A stretch of DNA of 64,000 nucleotides from contig OZ024745.1 in NCBI GenBank assembly GCA_964016885.1, positions 47,058,001-47,122,000 on the forward strand. The letters are read 5' to 3'. The notes beneath the pieces were generated by a model. It searched no databases, was not told the DNA's origin, and saw nothing but the letters and a program-made list of their open reading frames with translations. The first letter of the stretch is position 1. Every line of letters begins with the position of its first letter. Of this stretch, positions 47,201 through 62,200 are shown piece by piece. The position numbers and the translations under genes are program-made. This stretch comes from Eledone cirrhosa. Taxonomy: Eukaryota.

Positions 47201-50200
47201 CTTACAGTGTGAACTGGGAGCATTTTATCATGACACCAGCACTACCACCTTACAGTGTGTACTGGGAGCATTTTATCATGACACCAGCACTACCAGCTTA
47301 CAGTGTCAACTAGGAGCATTTTCGCATGACACCAGCACTACCACCTTACAGTGTAAACTAGGAACATTTTATCATGACACCAGCACTACCACCTTACAGT
47401 GTGAACTGGGAGCATGTTATCATGACACCAGCACTACCACCTTACAGTGTGAACTGGGAACATTTTATCATGACACCAGCACTACCACCTTACAGTGTGA
47501 ACTAGGAGCATTTTATCATGACACCAGCACTACCACCTTACAGTGTGAACTAGGAGCATTTTATCATGACACCAGCACTACCACCTTACAGTATGAACTG
47601 GGAGCATGTTATCATGACACCAGCACTACCACCTTACAGTGTGTACTGGGAACATTTTATCATGACACCAGCACTACCACCTGACAGTGTGAACTAGGAG
47701 CATGTTATCATGACACCAGCACTACCACCTTACAGTGTGAACTAGGAACATTTTATCATGACACCAGCACTACCACCTTACAGTGTGAACTAGGAGCATT
47801 TTATCATGACATCAGCACTACCACCTTACTGTGTGTACTGGGAACATTTTATCATGACACCAGCACTACCACCTTACAGTGTGAACTAGGAACATTTTAT
47901 CATGACACCAGCACTACCACCTTACAGTGTCAACTAGGAGCATTTTATCATGACACCAGCACTACCACCTTACAGTGTGTACTGGGAGCATGTTATCATG
48001 ACACCAACACTACCACCTTACAGTGTGAACTGGGAGCATGTTATCATGACACCAGCACTACCACCTTACAGTGTGTACTGGGAACATTTTATCATGACAC
48101 CAGCACTACCACCTTACAGTGTGAACTGGGAACATTTTATCATGACGCCAGCACTACCACCTTACAGTGTGAACTAGGAGCATTTTATCATGACACCAGC
48201 ACTACCACCTTACAGTGTGAACTGGGAGCATGTTATCATGACACCAGCACTACCACCTTACAGTGTGAACTAGGAACATTTTATCACAACACCAGCACTA
48301 CCACCTTACAGTGTGAACTAGGAACATTTTATCATGACACCAGCACTACCACCTTACAGTGTGAACTAGGAGCATTTTATCATGACACCAGCACTACCAC
48401 CTTACTGTGTGTACTGGGAACATTTTATCATGACACCAGCACTACCACCTTACAGTGTGAACTAGGAACATTTTATCATGACACCAGCACTACCACCTTA
48501 CAGTGTGAACTGGGAGCATGTTATCATGACACCAGCACTACCACCTTACAGTGTGAACTGGGAACATTTTATCATGACACCAGCACTACCACCTTACAGT
48601 GTGAACTAGGAACATTTTATCATGACACCAGCACTACCACCTTACAGTGTGTACTGGGAGCATGTTATCATGACACCAACACTACCACCTTACAGTGTGA
48701 ACTGGGAGCATTTTATCATGACACCAGCACTACCACCGTACAGTGCGTACTGGGAACATTTTATCATGACACCAGCACTACCACCTTACAGTGTGTACTA
48801 GGAGCATTTTATCATGACACCAGCACTACCACCTTACAGTGTGTACTGGGAAAATTTTATCATGACACTAGCACTACCACCTTACAGTGTGTACTGGGAA
48901 CATTTTATCATGACACCAGCACTACCACCTTACAGTGTGAACTGGGAGCATGTTATCATGACACCAGCACTACCACCTTACAGTGTGAACTGGGAGCATT
49001 TTATCATGACACCAGCACTACCACCTTACAGTGTGTACTGGGAGCATTTTATCATGACACCAGCACTACCAGCTTACAGTGTCAACTAGGAGCATTTTCT
49101 CATGACACCAGCACTACCACCTTACAGTGTAAACTAGGAACATTTTATCATGACACCAGCACTACCACCTTATAGTGTGAACTGGGAGCATGTTATCATG
49201 ACACCAGCACTACCACCTTACAGTGTGAACTAGGAGCATTTTATCATGACACCAGCACTACCACCTTACAGTGTGAACTGGGAACATTTTATCATGACAC
49301 CAGCACTACCACCTTACAGTGTGAACTAGGAGCATTTTATCATGACACCAGCACTACCACCTTACAGTGTGTACTGGGAACATTTAATCATGACACCAGC
49401 ACTACCACCTTACAGTGTGTACTGGGAGCATGTTATCATGTCACCAGCACTACCACCTTACAGTGTGTACTGGGAGCATGTTATCATGACACCAGCACTA
49501 CCACCTTACAGTGTGAACTGGGAGCATTTTATCATGACACCAGCACTACCACCTTACAGTGTCAACTAGGAGCATTTTATCATGACACCAGCACTACCAC
49601 CTTACAGTGTGAACTGGGAGCATGTTATCATGACACCGGCACTACCACCTTACAGTGTGAACTGGGAACATTTTATCATGACACCAGCACTACCACCTTA
49701 CAGTGTGAACTAGGAGCATTTTATCATGACACCAGCACTACCACCTTACAGTGTGAACTAGGAGCATTTTATCATGACACCAGCACTACCACCTTACAGT
49801 GTGAACTGGGAGCATGTTATCATGACACCAGCACTACCACCTTACAGTGTGAACTGGGAGCATTTTATCATGACACCAGCACTACCAGCTTACAGTGTCA
49901 ACTAGGAGCATTTTCTCATGACACCAGCACTACCACCTTACAGTGTAAACTAGGAACATTTTATCATGACACCAGCACTACCACCTTACAGTGTGAACTG
50001 GGAGCATGTTATCATGACACCAGCACTACCACCTTACAGTGTGAACTGGGAACATTTTATCATGACACCAGCACTACCACCTTACAGTGTGAACTAGGAA
50101 CATTTTATCATGACACCAGCACTACCACCTTACAGTGTGTACTGGGAGCATGTTATCATGACACCAACACTACCACCTTACAGTGTGAACTGGGAGCATT

Positions 50201-53200
50201 TTATCATGACACCAGCACTACCACCGTACAGTGCGTACTGGGAACATTTTATCATGACACCAGCACTACCACCTTACAGTGTGAACTAGGAGCATTTTAT
50301 CATGACACCAGCACTACCACCTTACAGTGTGTACTGGGAACATTTTATCATGACACCAGCACTACCACCTTACAGTGTGTACTGGGAACATTTTATCATG
50401 ACACCAGCACTACCACCTTACAGTGTGAACTGGGAGCATGTTATCATGACACCAGCACTACCACCTTACAGTGTGAACTGGGAACATTTTATCATGACAC
50501 CAGCACTACCACCTTACAGTGTGAACTAGGAGCATTTTATCATGACACCAGCACTACCACCTTACAGTGTGAACTAGGAGCATTTTATCATGACACCAGC
50601 ACTACCACCTTACAGTATGAACTGGGAGCATGTTATCATGACACCAGCACTACCACCTTACAGTGTGTACTGGGAACATTTTATCATGACACCAGCACTA
50701 CCACCTGACAGTGTGAACTAGGAGCATGTTATCATGACACCAGCACTACCACCTTACAGTGTGAACTAGGAACATTTTATCATGACACCAGCACTACCAC
50801 CTTACAGTGTGAACTAGGAGCATTTTATCATGACATCAGCACTACCACCTTACTGTGTGTACTGGGAACATTTTATCATGACACCAGCACTACCACCTTA
50901 CAGTGTGAACTAGGAACATTTTATCATGACACCAGCACTACCACCTTACAGTGTCAACTAGGAGCATTTTATCATGACACCAGCACTACCACCTTACAGT
51001 GTGTACTGGGAGCATGTTATCATGACACCAACACTACCACCTTACAGTGTGAACTGGGAGCATGTTATCATGACACCAGCACTACCACCTTACAGTGTGT
51101 ACTGGGAACATTTTATCATGACACCAGCACTACCACCTTACAGTGTGAACTGGGAACATTTTATCATGACGCCAGCACTACCACCTTACAGTGTGAACTA
51201 GGAGCATTTTATCATGACACCAGCACTACCACCTTACAGTGTGAACTGGGAGCATGTTATCATGACACCAGCACTACCACCTTACAGTGTGAACTAGGAA
51301 CATTTTATCACAACACCAGCACTACCACCTTACAGTGTGAACTAGGAACATTTTATCATGACACCAGCACTACCACCTTACAGTGTGAACTAGGAGCATT
51401 TTATCATGACACCAGCACTACCACCTTACTGTGTGTACTGGGAACATTTTATCATGACACCAGCACTACCACCTTACAGTGTGAACTAGGAACATTTTAT
51501 CATGACACCAGCACTACCACCTTACAGTGTGAACTGGGAGCATGTTATCATGACACCAGCACTACCACCTTACAGTGTGAACTGGGAACATTTTATCATG
51601 ACACCAGCACTACCACCTTACAGTGTGAACTAGGAACATTTTATCATGACACCAGCACTACCACCTTACAGTGTGTACTGGGAGCATGTTATCATGACAC
51701 CAACACTACCGCCTTACAGTGTGAACTGGGAGCATTTTATCATGACACCAGCACTACCACCGTACAGTGCGTACTGGGAACATTTTATCATGACACCAGC
51801 ACTACCACCTTACAGTGTGTACTAGGAGCATTTTATCATGACACCAGCACTACCACCTTACAGTGTGTACTGGGAAAATTTTATCATGACACTAGCACTA
51901 CCACCTTACAGTGTGTACTGGGAACATTTTATCATGACACCAGCACTACCACCTTACAGTGTGAACTGGGAGCATGTTATCATGACACCAGCACTACCAC
52001 CTTACAGTGTGAACTGGGAGCATTTTATCATGACACCAGCACTACCACCTTACAGTGTGTACTGGGAGCATTTTATCATGACACCAGCACTACCAGCTTA
52101 CAGTGTCAACTAGGAGCATTTTCTCATGACACCAGCACTACCACCTTACAGTGTAAACTAGGAACATTTTATCATGACACCAGCACTACCACCTTATAGT
52201 GTGAACTGGGAGCATGTTATCATGACACCAGCACTACCACCTTACAGTGTGAACTAGGAGCATTTTATCATGACACCAGCACTACAACCTTACAGTGTGA
52301 ACTGGGAACATTTTATCATGACACCAGCACTACCACCTTACAGTGTGAACTAGGAGCATTTTATCATGACACCAGCACTACCACCTTACAGTGTGTACTG
52401 GGAACATTTAATCATGACACCAGCACTACCACCTTACAGTGTGTACTGGGAGCATGTTATCATGTCACCAGCACTACCACCTTACAGTGTGTACTGGGAG
52501 CATGTTATCATGACACCAGCACTACCACCTTACATTGTGAACTGGGAGCATTTTATCATGACACCAGCACTACCACCTTACAGTGTCAACTAGGAGCATT
52601 TTATCATGACACCAGCACTACCACCTTACAGTGTGAACTGGGAGCATGTTATCATGACACCGGCACTACCACCTTACAGTGTGAACTGGGAACATTTTAT
52701 CATGACACCAGCACTACCACCTTACAGTGTGAACTAGGAGCATTTTATCATGACACCAGCACTACCACCTTACAGTGTGAACTAGGAGCATTTTATCATG
52801 ACACCAGCACTACCACCTTACAGTGTGAACTGGGAGCATGTTATCATGACACCAGCACTACCACCTTACAGTGTGAACTGGGAGCATTTTATCATGACAC
52901 CAGCACTACCAGCTTACAGTGTCAACTAGGAGCATTTTCTCATGACACCAGCACTACCACCTTACAGTGTAAACTAGGAACATTTTATCATGACACCAGC
53001 ACTACCACCTTACAGTGTGAACTGGGAGCATGTTATCATGACACCAGCACTACCACCTTACAGTGTGAACTGGGAACATTTTATCATGACACCAGCACTA
53101 CCACCTTACAGTGTGAACTAGGAACATTTTATCATGACACCAGCACTACCACCTTACAGTGTGTACTGGGAGCATGTTATCATGACACCAACACTACCAC

Positions 53201-56200
53201 CTTACAGTGTGAACTGGGAGCATTTTATCATGACACCAGCACTACCACCGTACAGTGCGTACTGGGAACATTTTATCATGACACCAGCACTACCACCTTA
53301 CAGTGTGAACTAGGAGCATTTTATCATGACACCAGCACTACCACCTTACAGTGTGAACTGGGAGCATTTTATCATGACACCAGCACTACCACCTTACAGT
53401 GTGTACTGGGAGCATTTTATCATGACACCAGCACTACCAGCTTACAGTGTCAACTAGGAGCATTTTCTCATGACACCAGCACTACCACCTTACAGTGTAA
53501 ACTAGGAACATTTTATCATGACACCAGCACTACCACCTTACAGTGTGAACTGGGAGCATGTTATCATGACACCAGCACTACCACCTTACAGTGTGAACTG
53601 GGAACATTTTATCATGACACCAGCACTACCACCTTACAGTGTGAACTAGGAGCATTTTATCATGACACCAGCACTACCACCTTACAGTGTGAACTAGGAG
53701 CATTTTATCATGACACCAGCACTACCACCTTACAGTATGAACTGGGAGCATGTTATCATGACACCAGCACTACCACCTTACAGTGTGTACTGGGAACATT
53801 TTATCATGACACCAGCACTACCACCTGACAGTGTGAACTAGGAGCATGTTATCATGACACCAGCACTACCACCTTACAGTGTGAACTAGGAACATTTTAT
53901 CATGACACCAGCACTACCACCTTACAGTGTGAACTAGGAGCATTTTATCATGACATCAGCACTACCACCTTACTGTGTGTACTGGGAACATTTTATCATG
54001 ACACCAGCACTACCACCTTACAGTGTGAACTAGGAACATTTTATCATGACACCAGCACTACCACCTTACAGTGTCAACTAGGAGCATTTTATCATGACAC
54101 CAGCACTACCACCTTACAGTGTGTACTGGGAGCATGTTATCATGACACCAACACTACCACCTTACAGTGTGAACTGGGAGCATGTTATCATGACACCAGC
54201 ACTACCACCTTACAGTGTGTACTGGGAACATTTTATCATGACACCAGCACTACCACCTTACAGTGTGAACTGGGAACATTTTATCATGACGCCAGCACTA
54301 CCACCCACCTTACAGTGCGTACTGGGAACATTTAATCATGACACCAGCACTACCACCTTACAGTGTGAACTAGGAGCATTTTATCATGACACCAGCACTA
54401 CCACCTTACAGTGTGTACTGGGAACATTTCATCATGACACCAGCACTACCACCTTACAGTGTGAACTGGTAGCATTTTATCATGACACCAGCACTACCAC
54501 CTTACAGTGTAAACTAGGAGCATTTTATCATGACACCAGCACTACCACCTTACAGTGTTAACTAGGAGCATTTTATCATGACACCAGCACTACCACCTTA
54601 CAGTGTGAACTGGGAACATTTTATCATGACACCAGCACTACCACCTTACAGTGTCAACTAGGAGCATTTTATCATGACACCAGCACTACCACCTTACAGT
54701 GTCAACTAGGAGCATTTTATCATGACACCAGCACTACCACCTTACAGTGTCAACTAGGAGCATTTTATCATGACACCAGCACTACCACCTTACAGTGTGA
54801 ACTGGGAACATTTTATCATGACACCAGCACTACCACCTTACAGTGTCAACTAGGAGCATTTTATCATGACACCAACACTACCACCTTACAGTGTGAACTA
54901 GGAGCATTTTATCATGACACCAGCACTACCACCTTACAGTGTGAACTGGGAGCATTTTATCATGACACCAGCACTACCACCTTACAGTGTCAACTAGGAG
55001 CATTTTATCATGACACCAGCACTACCACCTTACAGTGTCAACTAGGAGCATTTTATCATGACACCAGCACTACCACCTTACAGTGTCAACTAGGAGCATT
55101 TTATCATGACACCAGCACTACCACCTTACAGTGTGAACTAGGAGCATTTTATCATGACACCAGCACTACCACCTTACAGTGTGAACTGGGAACATTTTAT
55201 CATAACACCAGAACTACCACATTACAGTGTGAACTAGGAGCATTTCATCATGACACCAGCACTACCACCTTACAGTGTGAACTAGGAACATTTTATCATG
55301 ACACCAGCACTACCACCTTACAGTGTATACTGGGAGCATGTTATCATGACACCAGCACTACCACCTTACAGTGTGAACTAGGAGCATTTTATCATGACAC
55401 CAGCACTACCACCTTACAGTGTGAACTAGAAGCATGTTATCATGACACTAGCACTACCACCTTACAGTGTGTACTGGGAACATTTTATCATGACACCAGC
55501 ACTACCACCTTACAGTGTGAACTGGGAGCATTTTATCATGACACCAGCGCTACCACCTTACAGTGTGTACTGGGAACATTTTATCATGACACCAGCACTA
55601 CCACCTTACAGTGTGTACTGGGAACATTTTATCATGACACCAGCACTAACACCTTACAGTGTGTACTGGGAACATTTTATCATGACACCAGCACTACCAC
55701 CTTGCAGTGTGAACTGGGAGCATTTTATCATGACACCAGCACTACCACCTTACAGTGTGAACTGGGAGCATTTTATCATGACACCAGCACTACCACCTTA
55801 CAGTGTGTACTGGGAACATTTTATCATGACACCAGCACTACCACCTTACAGTGTGAAGTAGGAGCATTTTATCATGACACCAGCACTACCACCTTACAGT
55901 GTGAACTAGGAGCATTTTATCATGACACCAGCACTACCACCTTACAGTGTGAACTAGGAGCATGTTATCATGACACCAGCACTACCACCTTACAGTGTGT
56001 ACTGGGAATATTTTATCATGACACCAGCACTACCACCTTACAGTGTGAACTGGGAGCATGTTATCATGACACCAACACTACCACCTTACAGTGTGAACTG
56101 GGAGCATTTTATCATGACACCAGCACTACCACCTTACAGTGTGTACTGGGAACATTTTATCATGACACCAGCACTACCACCTTACAGTGTGAACTAGGAG

Positions 56201-59200
56201 CATTTTATCATGACACCAGCACTACCACCTTACAGTGTGTACTGGGAGCATTTTATCATGACACCAGCACTACCACCTTACAGTGTGAACTGGGAACATT
56301 TTATCATGACACCAGCACTACCACCTTACAGTGTGTACTGGGAACATTTTATCATGACACCAGCACTACCACCTTACAGTGTGTACTGGGAACATTTTAT
56401 CATGACACCAGCACTACCACCTTACAGTGTGAACTAGGAGCATTTTATCATGACACCAGCACTACCACCTTACAGTGTGTACTGGGAGCATTTTATCATG
56501 ACACCAGCACTACAACCTTACAGTGTCAACTAGGAGCATTTTCTCATGACACCAGCACTACCACCTTACAGTGTGAACTAGGAACATTTTATCATGACAC
56601 CAGCACTACCACCTTACAGTGTGAAGTGGGAACATGTTATCATGACACCAGCACTACCACCTTACAGTGTGAACTAGGAGCATTTTATCATGACACCAGC
56701 ACTACCACCTTACAGTGTGAACTGGGAACATTTTATCATGACACCAGCACTACCACATTACAGTGTGAACTGGGAGCATTTTATCATGACACCAGCACTA
56801 CCACCTTACAGTGTGTACTGGGAACATTTTATCATGACACCAGCACTACCACCTTACAGTGTGAACTGGGAACATTTTATCATGACACCAGCACTACCAC
56901 CTTACAGTGTGTACTGGGAACATTTTATCATGACACCAGCACTACCACCTTACAGTGTGAACTAGGAGCATGTTATCATGACACCAGCACTACCACCTTA
57001 CAGTGTGTACTGGGAGCATGTTATCATGACACCAGCACTACCACCTTACAGTGTGTACTGGGAGCATTTTATCATGACACCAGCACTACCACCTTACAGT
57101 GTGAACTAGGAGCATTTTATCATGACACCAGCACTACCACCTTACAGTGTGAACTAGGAGCATGTTATCATGACACCAGCACTACCACCTTACAGTGTGA
57201 ACTAGAAGCATTTTATCATGACACCAGCACTACCACCTTACAGTGTGAACTAGGAGCATGTTATCATGACACCAGCACTACCACCTTACAGTGTGAACTA
57301 GAAGCATTTTATCATGACACCAGCACTACCACCTTACAGTGTGTACTGGGAGCATTTTATCATGACACCAGCACTACCACCTTACAGTGTGAACTAGGAG
57401 GATTTTATCATGACACCAGCACTACCACCTTACAGTGTGAACTAGGAGCATTTTATCATGACACCAGCACTACCACCTTACAGTGTGTACTGGGAGCATT
57501 TTATCATGACACCAGCACTACCACCTTACAGTGTGAACTGGGAACATTTTATCATGACACCAGCACTACCACCTTACAGTGTGTACTGGGAACATTTTAT
57601 CATGACACCAGCACTACCACCTTACAGTGTGTACTGGGAACATTTTATCATGACACCAGCACTACCACCTTACAGTGTGTACTGGGAGCATTTTATCATG
57701 ACACCAGCACTACCACCTTACAGTGTCAACTAGGAGCATTTTCTCATGACACCAGCACTACCACCTTACAGTGTGAACTAGGAACATTTTATCATGAAAC
57801 CAGCACTACCACCTTACAGTGTGAACTGGGAACATTTTATCATGACACCAGCACTACCACCTTACAGTGTGAACTGGGAACATTTTATCATGACACCAGC
57901 ACTACCACCTTACAGTGTGAACTGGGAACATTTTATCATGACACCAGCACTACCACCTTACAGTGTGAACTGGGAATATTTTATCATGACACAAGCACTA
58001 CCACCTTACAGTGTGAACTGGGAACATTTTATCATGACACCAGCACTACCACCTTACAGTGTGAACTGGGAACATTTTATCATGACACCAGCACTACCAC
58101 CTTACAGTGTGAACTGGGAACATTTTATCATGACACCAGCACTACCACCTTACAGTGTGAACTGGGAACATTTTATCATGACACCAGCACTACCACCTTA
58201 CAGTGTGAACTGGGAACATTTTATCATGACACCAGCACTACCACCTTACAGTGTGAACTGGGAACATTTTATCATGACACCAGCACTACCACCTTACAGT
58301 GTGAACTGGGAACATTTTATCATGACACCAGCACTACCACCTTACAGTGTCAACTAGGAGCATTTTATCATGACACCAGCACTACCACCTTACAGTGTCA
58401 ACTAGGAGCATTTTATCATGACACCAGCACTACCACCTTACAGTGAAACTAGGAGCATTTTATCATGACACCAGCACTACCACCTTACAGTGTGAACTGG
58501 GAACGTTTTATCATGACACCAGCACTACCACCTTACAGTGTCAACTAGGAGCATTTTATCATGACACCAGCACTACCACCTTACAGTGTGAACTGGGAGC
58601 ATTTTATCATGACACCAGCACTACCACCTTACAGTGTGAACTGGGAGCATTTTATCATGACACCAGCACTACCACCTTACAGTGTTAACTGGGAGCATTT
58701 TATCATGACACCAGCACTACCACCTTACAGTCTGAACTAGGAGCATTTTATCATGACACCAGCACTACCACCTTACAGTGTGAACTGGGAGCATTTTATC
58801 ATGACACCAGCACTACCACCTTACAGTGTGAACTGGGAGCATTTTATCATGACACCAGCACTACCACCTTACAGTGTGAACTGGGAGCATTTTATCATGA
58901 CACCAGCACTACCACCTTACAGTGTGAACTAGGAGCATGTTATCATGACACCAGCACTACCACCTTACAGTGTGAACTGGGAGCATTTTATCATGACACC
59001 AGCACTACCACCTTACAGTGTGAACTGGGAACATTTTATCATGACACCAGCACTACCACCTTACAGTGTCAACTAGGAGCATTTTATCATGACACCAGCA
59101 CTACCACCTTACAGTGTGAACTGGGAGCATGTTATCATGACACCAGCACTACTACCTTACAGTGTCAACTAGGAGCATTTTATCATGACACCAGCCCTAC

Positions 59201-62200
59201 CACCTTACAGTGTCAACTAGGAGCATTTTATCATGACACCAGCACTACCACCTTACAGTGTGAACTAGGAGCATTTTATCATGACACCAGCACTACCACC
59301 TTACAGTGTGAACTGGGAACATTTTATCATGACACCAGCACTACCACATTACAGTGTGAACTAGGAGCATTTCATCATGACACCAGCACTACCACCTTAC
59401 AGTGTGAACTAGGAACATTTTATCATGACACCAGCACCACCACCTTACAGTGTGTACTGGGAGCATGTTATCATGACACCAGCACTACCACCTTACAGTG
59501 TGAACTAGGAGCATTTTATCATGACACCAGCACTACCACCTTACAGTGTGAAATAGAAGCATGTTATCATGACACTAGCACTACCACCTTACAGTGTGTA
59601 CTGGGAACATTTTATCATGACACCAGCACTACCACCTTACAGTGTGAACTGGGAGCATTTTATCATGACACCAGCGCTACCACCTTACAGTGTGTACTGG
59701 GAACATTTTATCATGACACCAGCACTACCACCTTACAGTGTGTACTGGGAACATTTTATCATGACACCAGCACTACCACCTTACAGTGTGAACTAGGAGC
59801 ATTTTATCATGACACCAGCACTACCACCTTACAGTGTGTACTGGTAGCAATTCATCATGACACCAGCACTACCACCTTACTGTGTGAACTGGGAACATTT
59901 TATCATGACACCAGCACTACCACCTTACAGTGTGTACTGGGAACATTTTATCATGACACCAGCACTACCACCTTACAGTGTGTACTGGGAACATTTTATC
60001 ATGACACAAGCACTAACACCTTACAGTGTGTACTGGGAACATTTTATCATGACACCAGCACTACCACCTTGCAGTGTGAACTGGGAGCATTTTATCATGA
60101 CACCAGCACTACCACCTTACAGTGTGAACTGGGAGCATTTTATCATGACACCAGCACTACCACCTTACAGTGTGTACTGGGAACATTTTATCATGACACC
60201 AGCACTACCACCTTACAGTGTGAAGTAGGAGCATTTTATCATGACACCAGCACTACCACCTTACAGTGTGAACTAGGAGCATTTTATCATGACACCAGCA
60301 CTACCACCTTACAGTGTGAACTAGGAGCATGTTATCATGACACCAGCACTACCACCTTACAGTGTGTACTGGGAACATTTTATCATGACACCAGCACTAC
60401 CACCTTACAGTGTGAACTGGGAGCATGTTATCATGACACCAACACTACCACCTTACAGTGTGAACTGGGAGCATTTTATCATGACACCAGCACTACCACC
60501 TTACAGTGTGTACTGGGAACATTTTATCATGACACCAGCACTACCACCTTACAGTGTGAAGTGGGAGCATGTTATCATGACACCAGCACTACCACCTTAC
60601 AGTGTGAACTAGGAGCATTTTATCATGACACCAGCACTACCACCTTACAGTGTGAACTGGGAACATTTTATCATGACACCAGCACTACCACATTACAGTG
60701 TGAACTGGGAGCATTTTATCATGACACCAGCACTACCACCTTACAGTGTGAACTGGGAGCATTTTATCATGACACCAGCACTACCACCTTACAGTGTGTA
60801 CTGGGAACATTTTATCATGACACCAGCAGTACCACCTTACAGTGTGAACTAGGAGCATTTTATCATGACACCAGCACTACCACCTTACAGTGTGTACTGG
60901 GAGCATTTTATCATGACACCAGCACTACCACCTTAGTGTGAACTGGGAACATTTTATCATGACACCAGCACTACCACCTTACAGTGTGTACTGGGAACAT
61001 TTTATCATGACACCAGCACTACCACCTTACAGTGTGAACTGGGAACATTTTATCATGACACCAGCACTACCACCTTACAGTGTGTACTGGGAGCATTTTA
61101 TCATGACACCAGCACTACCACCTTACAGTGTGTACTGGGAACATTTTATCATGACACCAGCACTACCACCTTACAGTGTGAACTGGGAGCATTTTATCAT
61201 GACACCAGCACTACCACCTTACAGTGTGTACTGGGAACATTTTATCATGACACCAGCAGTACCACCTTACAGTGTGTACTGGGAACATTTTATCATGACA
61301 CCAGCACTACCACCTTACAGTGTGTACTGGGAGCATTTTATCATGACACCAGCACTACCACCTTACAGTGTGAACTAGGAGCATGTTATCATGACACCAG
61401 CACTACCACCTTACAGTGTGAACTAGGAGCATGTTATCATGACACCAGCACTACCACCTTACAGTGTGAACTGGGAGCATGTTATCATGACACCAGCACT
61501 ACCACCTTACAGTGTGAACTGGGAGCATGTTATCATGACACCAGCACTACCACCTTACAATGTGTACTGGGAGCATGTTATCATGACACCAGCACTACCA
61601 CCTTACAGTGTGAACTAGGAGCATTTTATCATGACACCAGCACTACCACCTTACAGTGTGTACTGGGAGCATTTTATCATGACACCAGCACTACCACCTT
61701 ACAGTGTGAACTAGGAGCATGTTATCATGACACCAGCACTACCACCTTACAGTGTGAACTAGGAGCATGTTATCATGACACCAGCACTACCACCTTACAG
61801 TGTGTACTGGGAGCATGTTATCATGACACCAGCACTACAACCTTACAGTGTGTACTGGGAGCATTTTATCATGACACCAGCACTACCACCTTACAGTGTG
61901 AACTAGGAGCATTTTATCATGACACCAGCACTACCACCTTACAGTGTGAACAAGGAGCATGTTATCATGACACCAGCACTACCACCTTACAGTGTGAACT
62001 AGGAACATCTTATCATGACACCAGCACTACCACCTTACAGTGTGAACTAGGAGCATTTTATCATGACACCAGCACTACCACCTTACAGTGTGTACTGGGA
62101 GCATTTTATCATGACACCAGCACTACCACCTTACAGTGTGAACTAGAAGCATTTTATCATGACACCAGCACTACCACCTTACAGTGTGAACTAGGAACAT

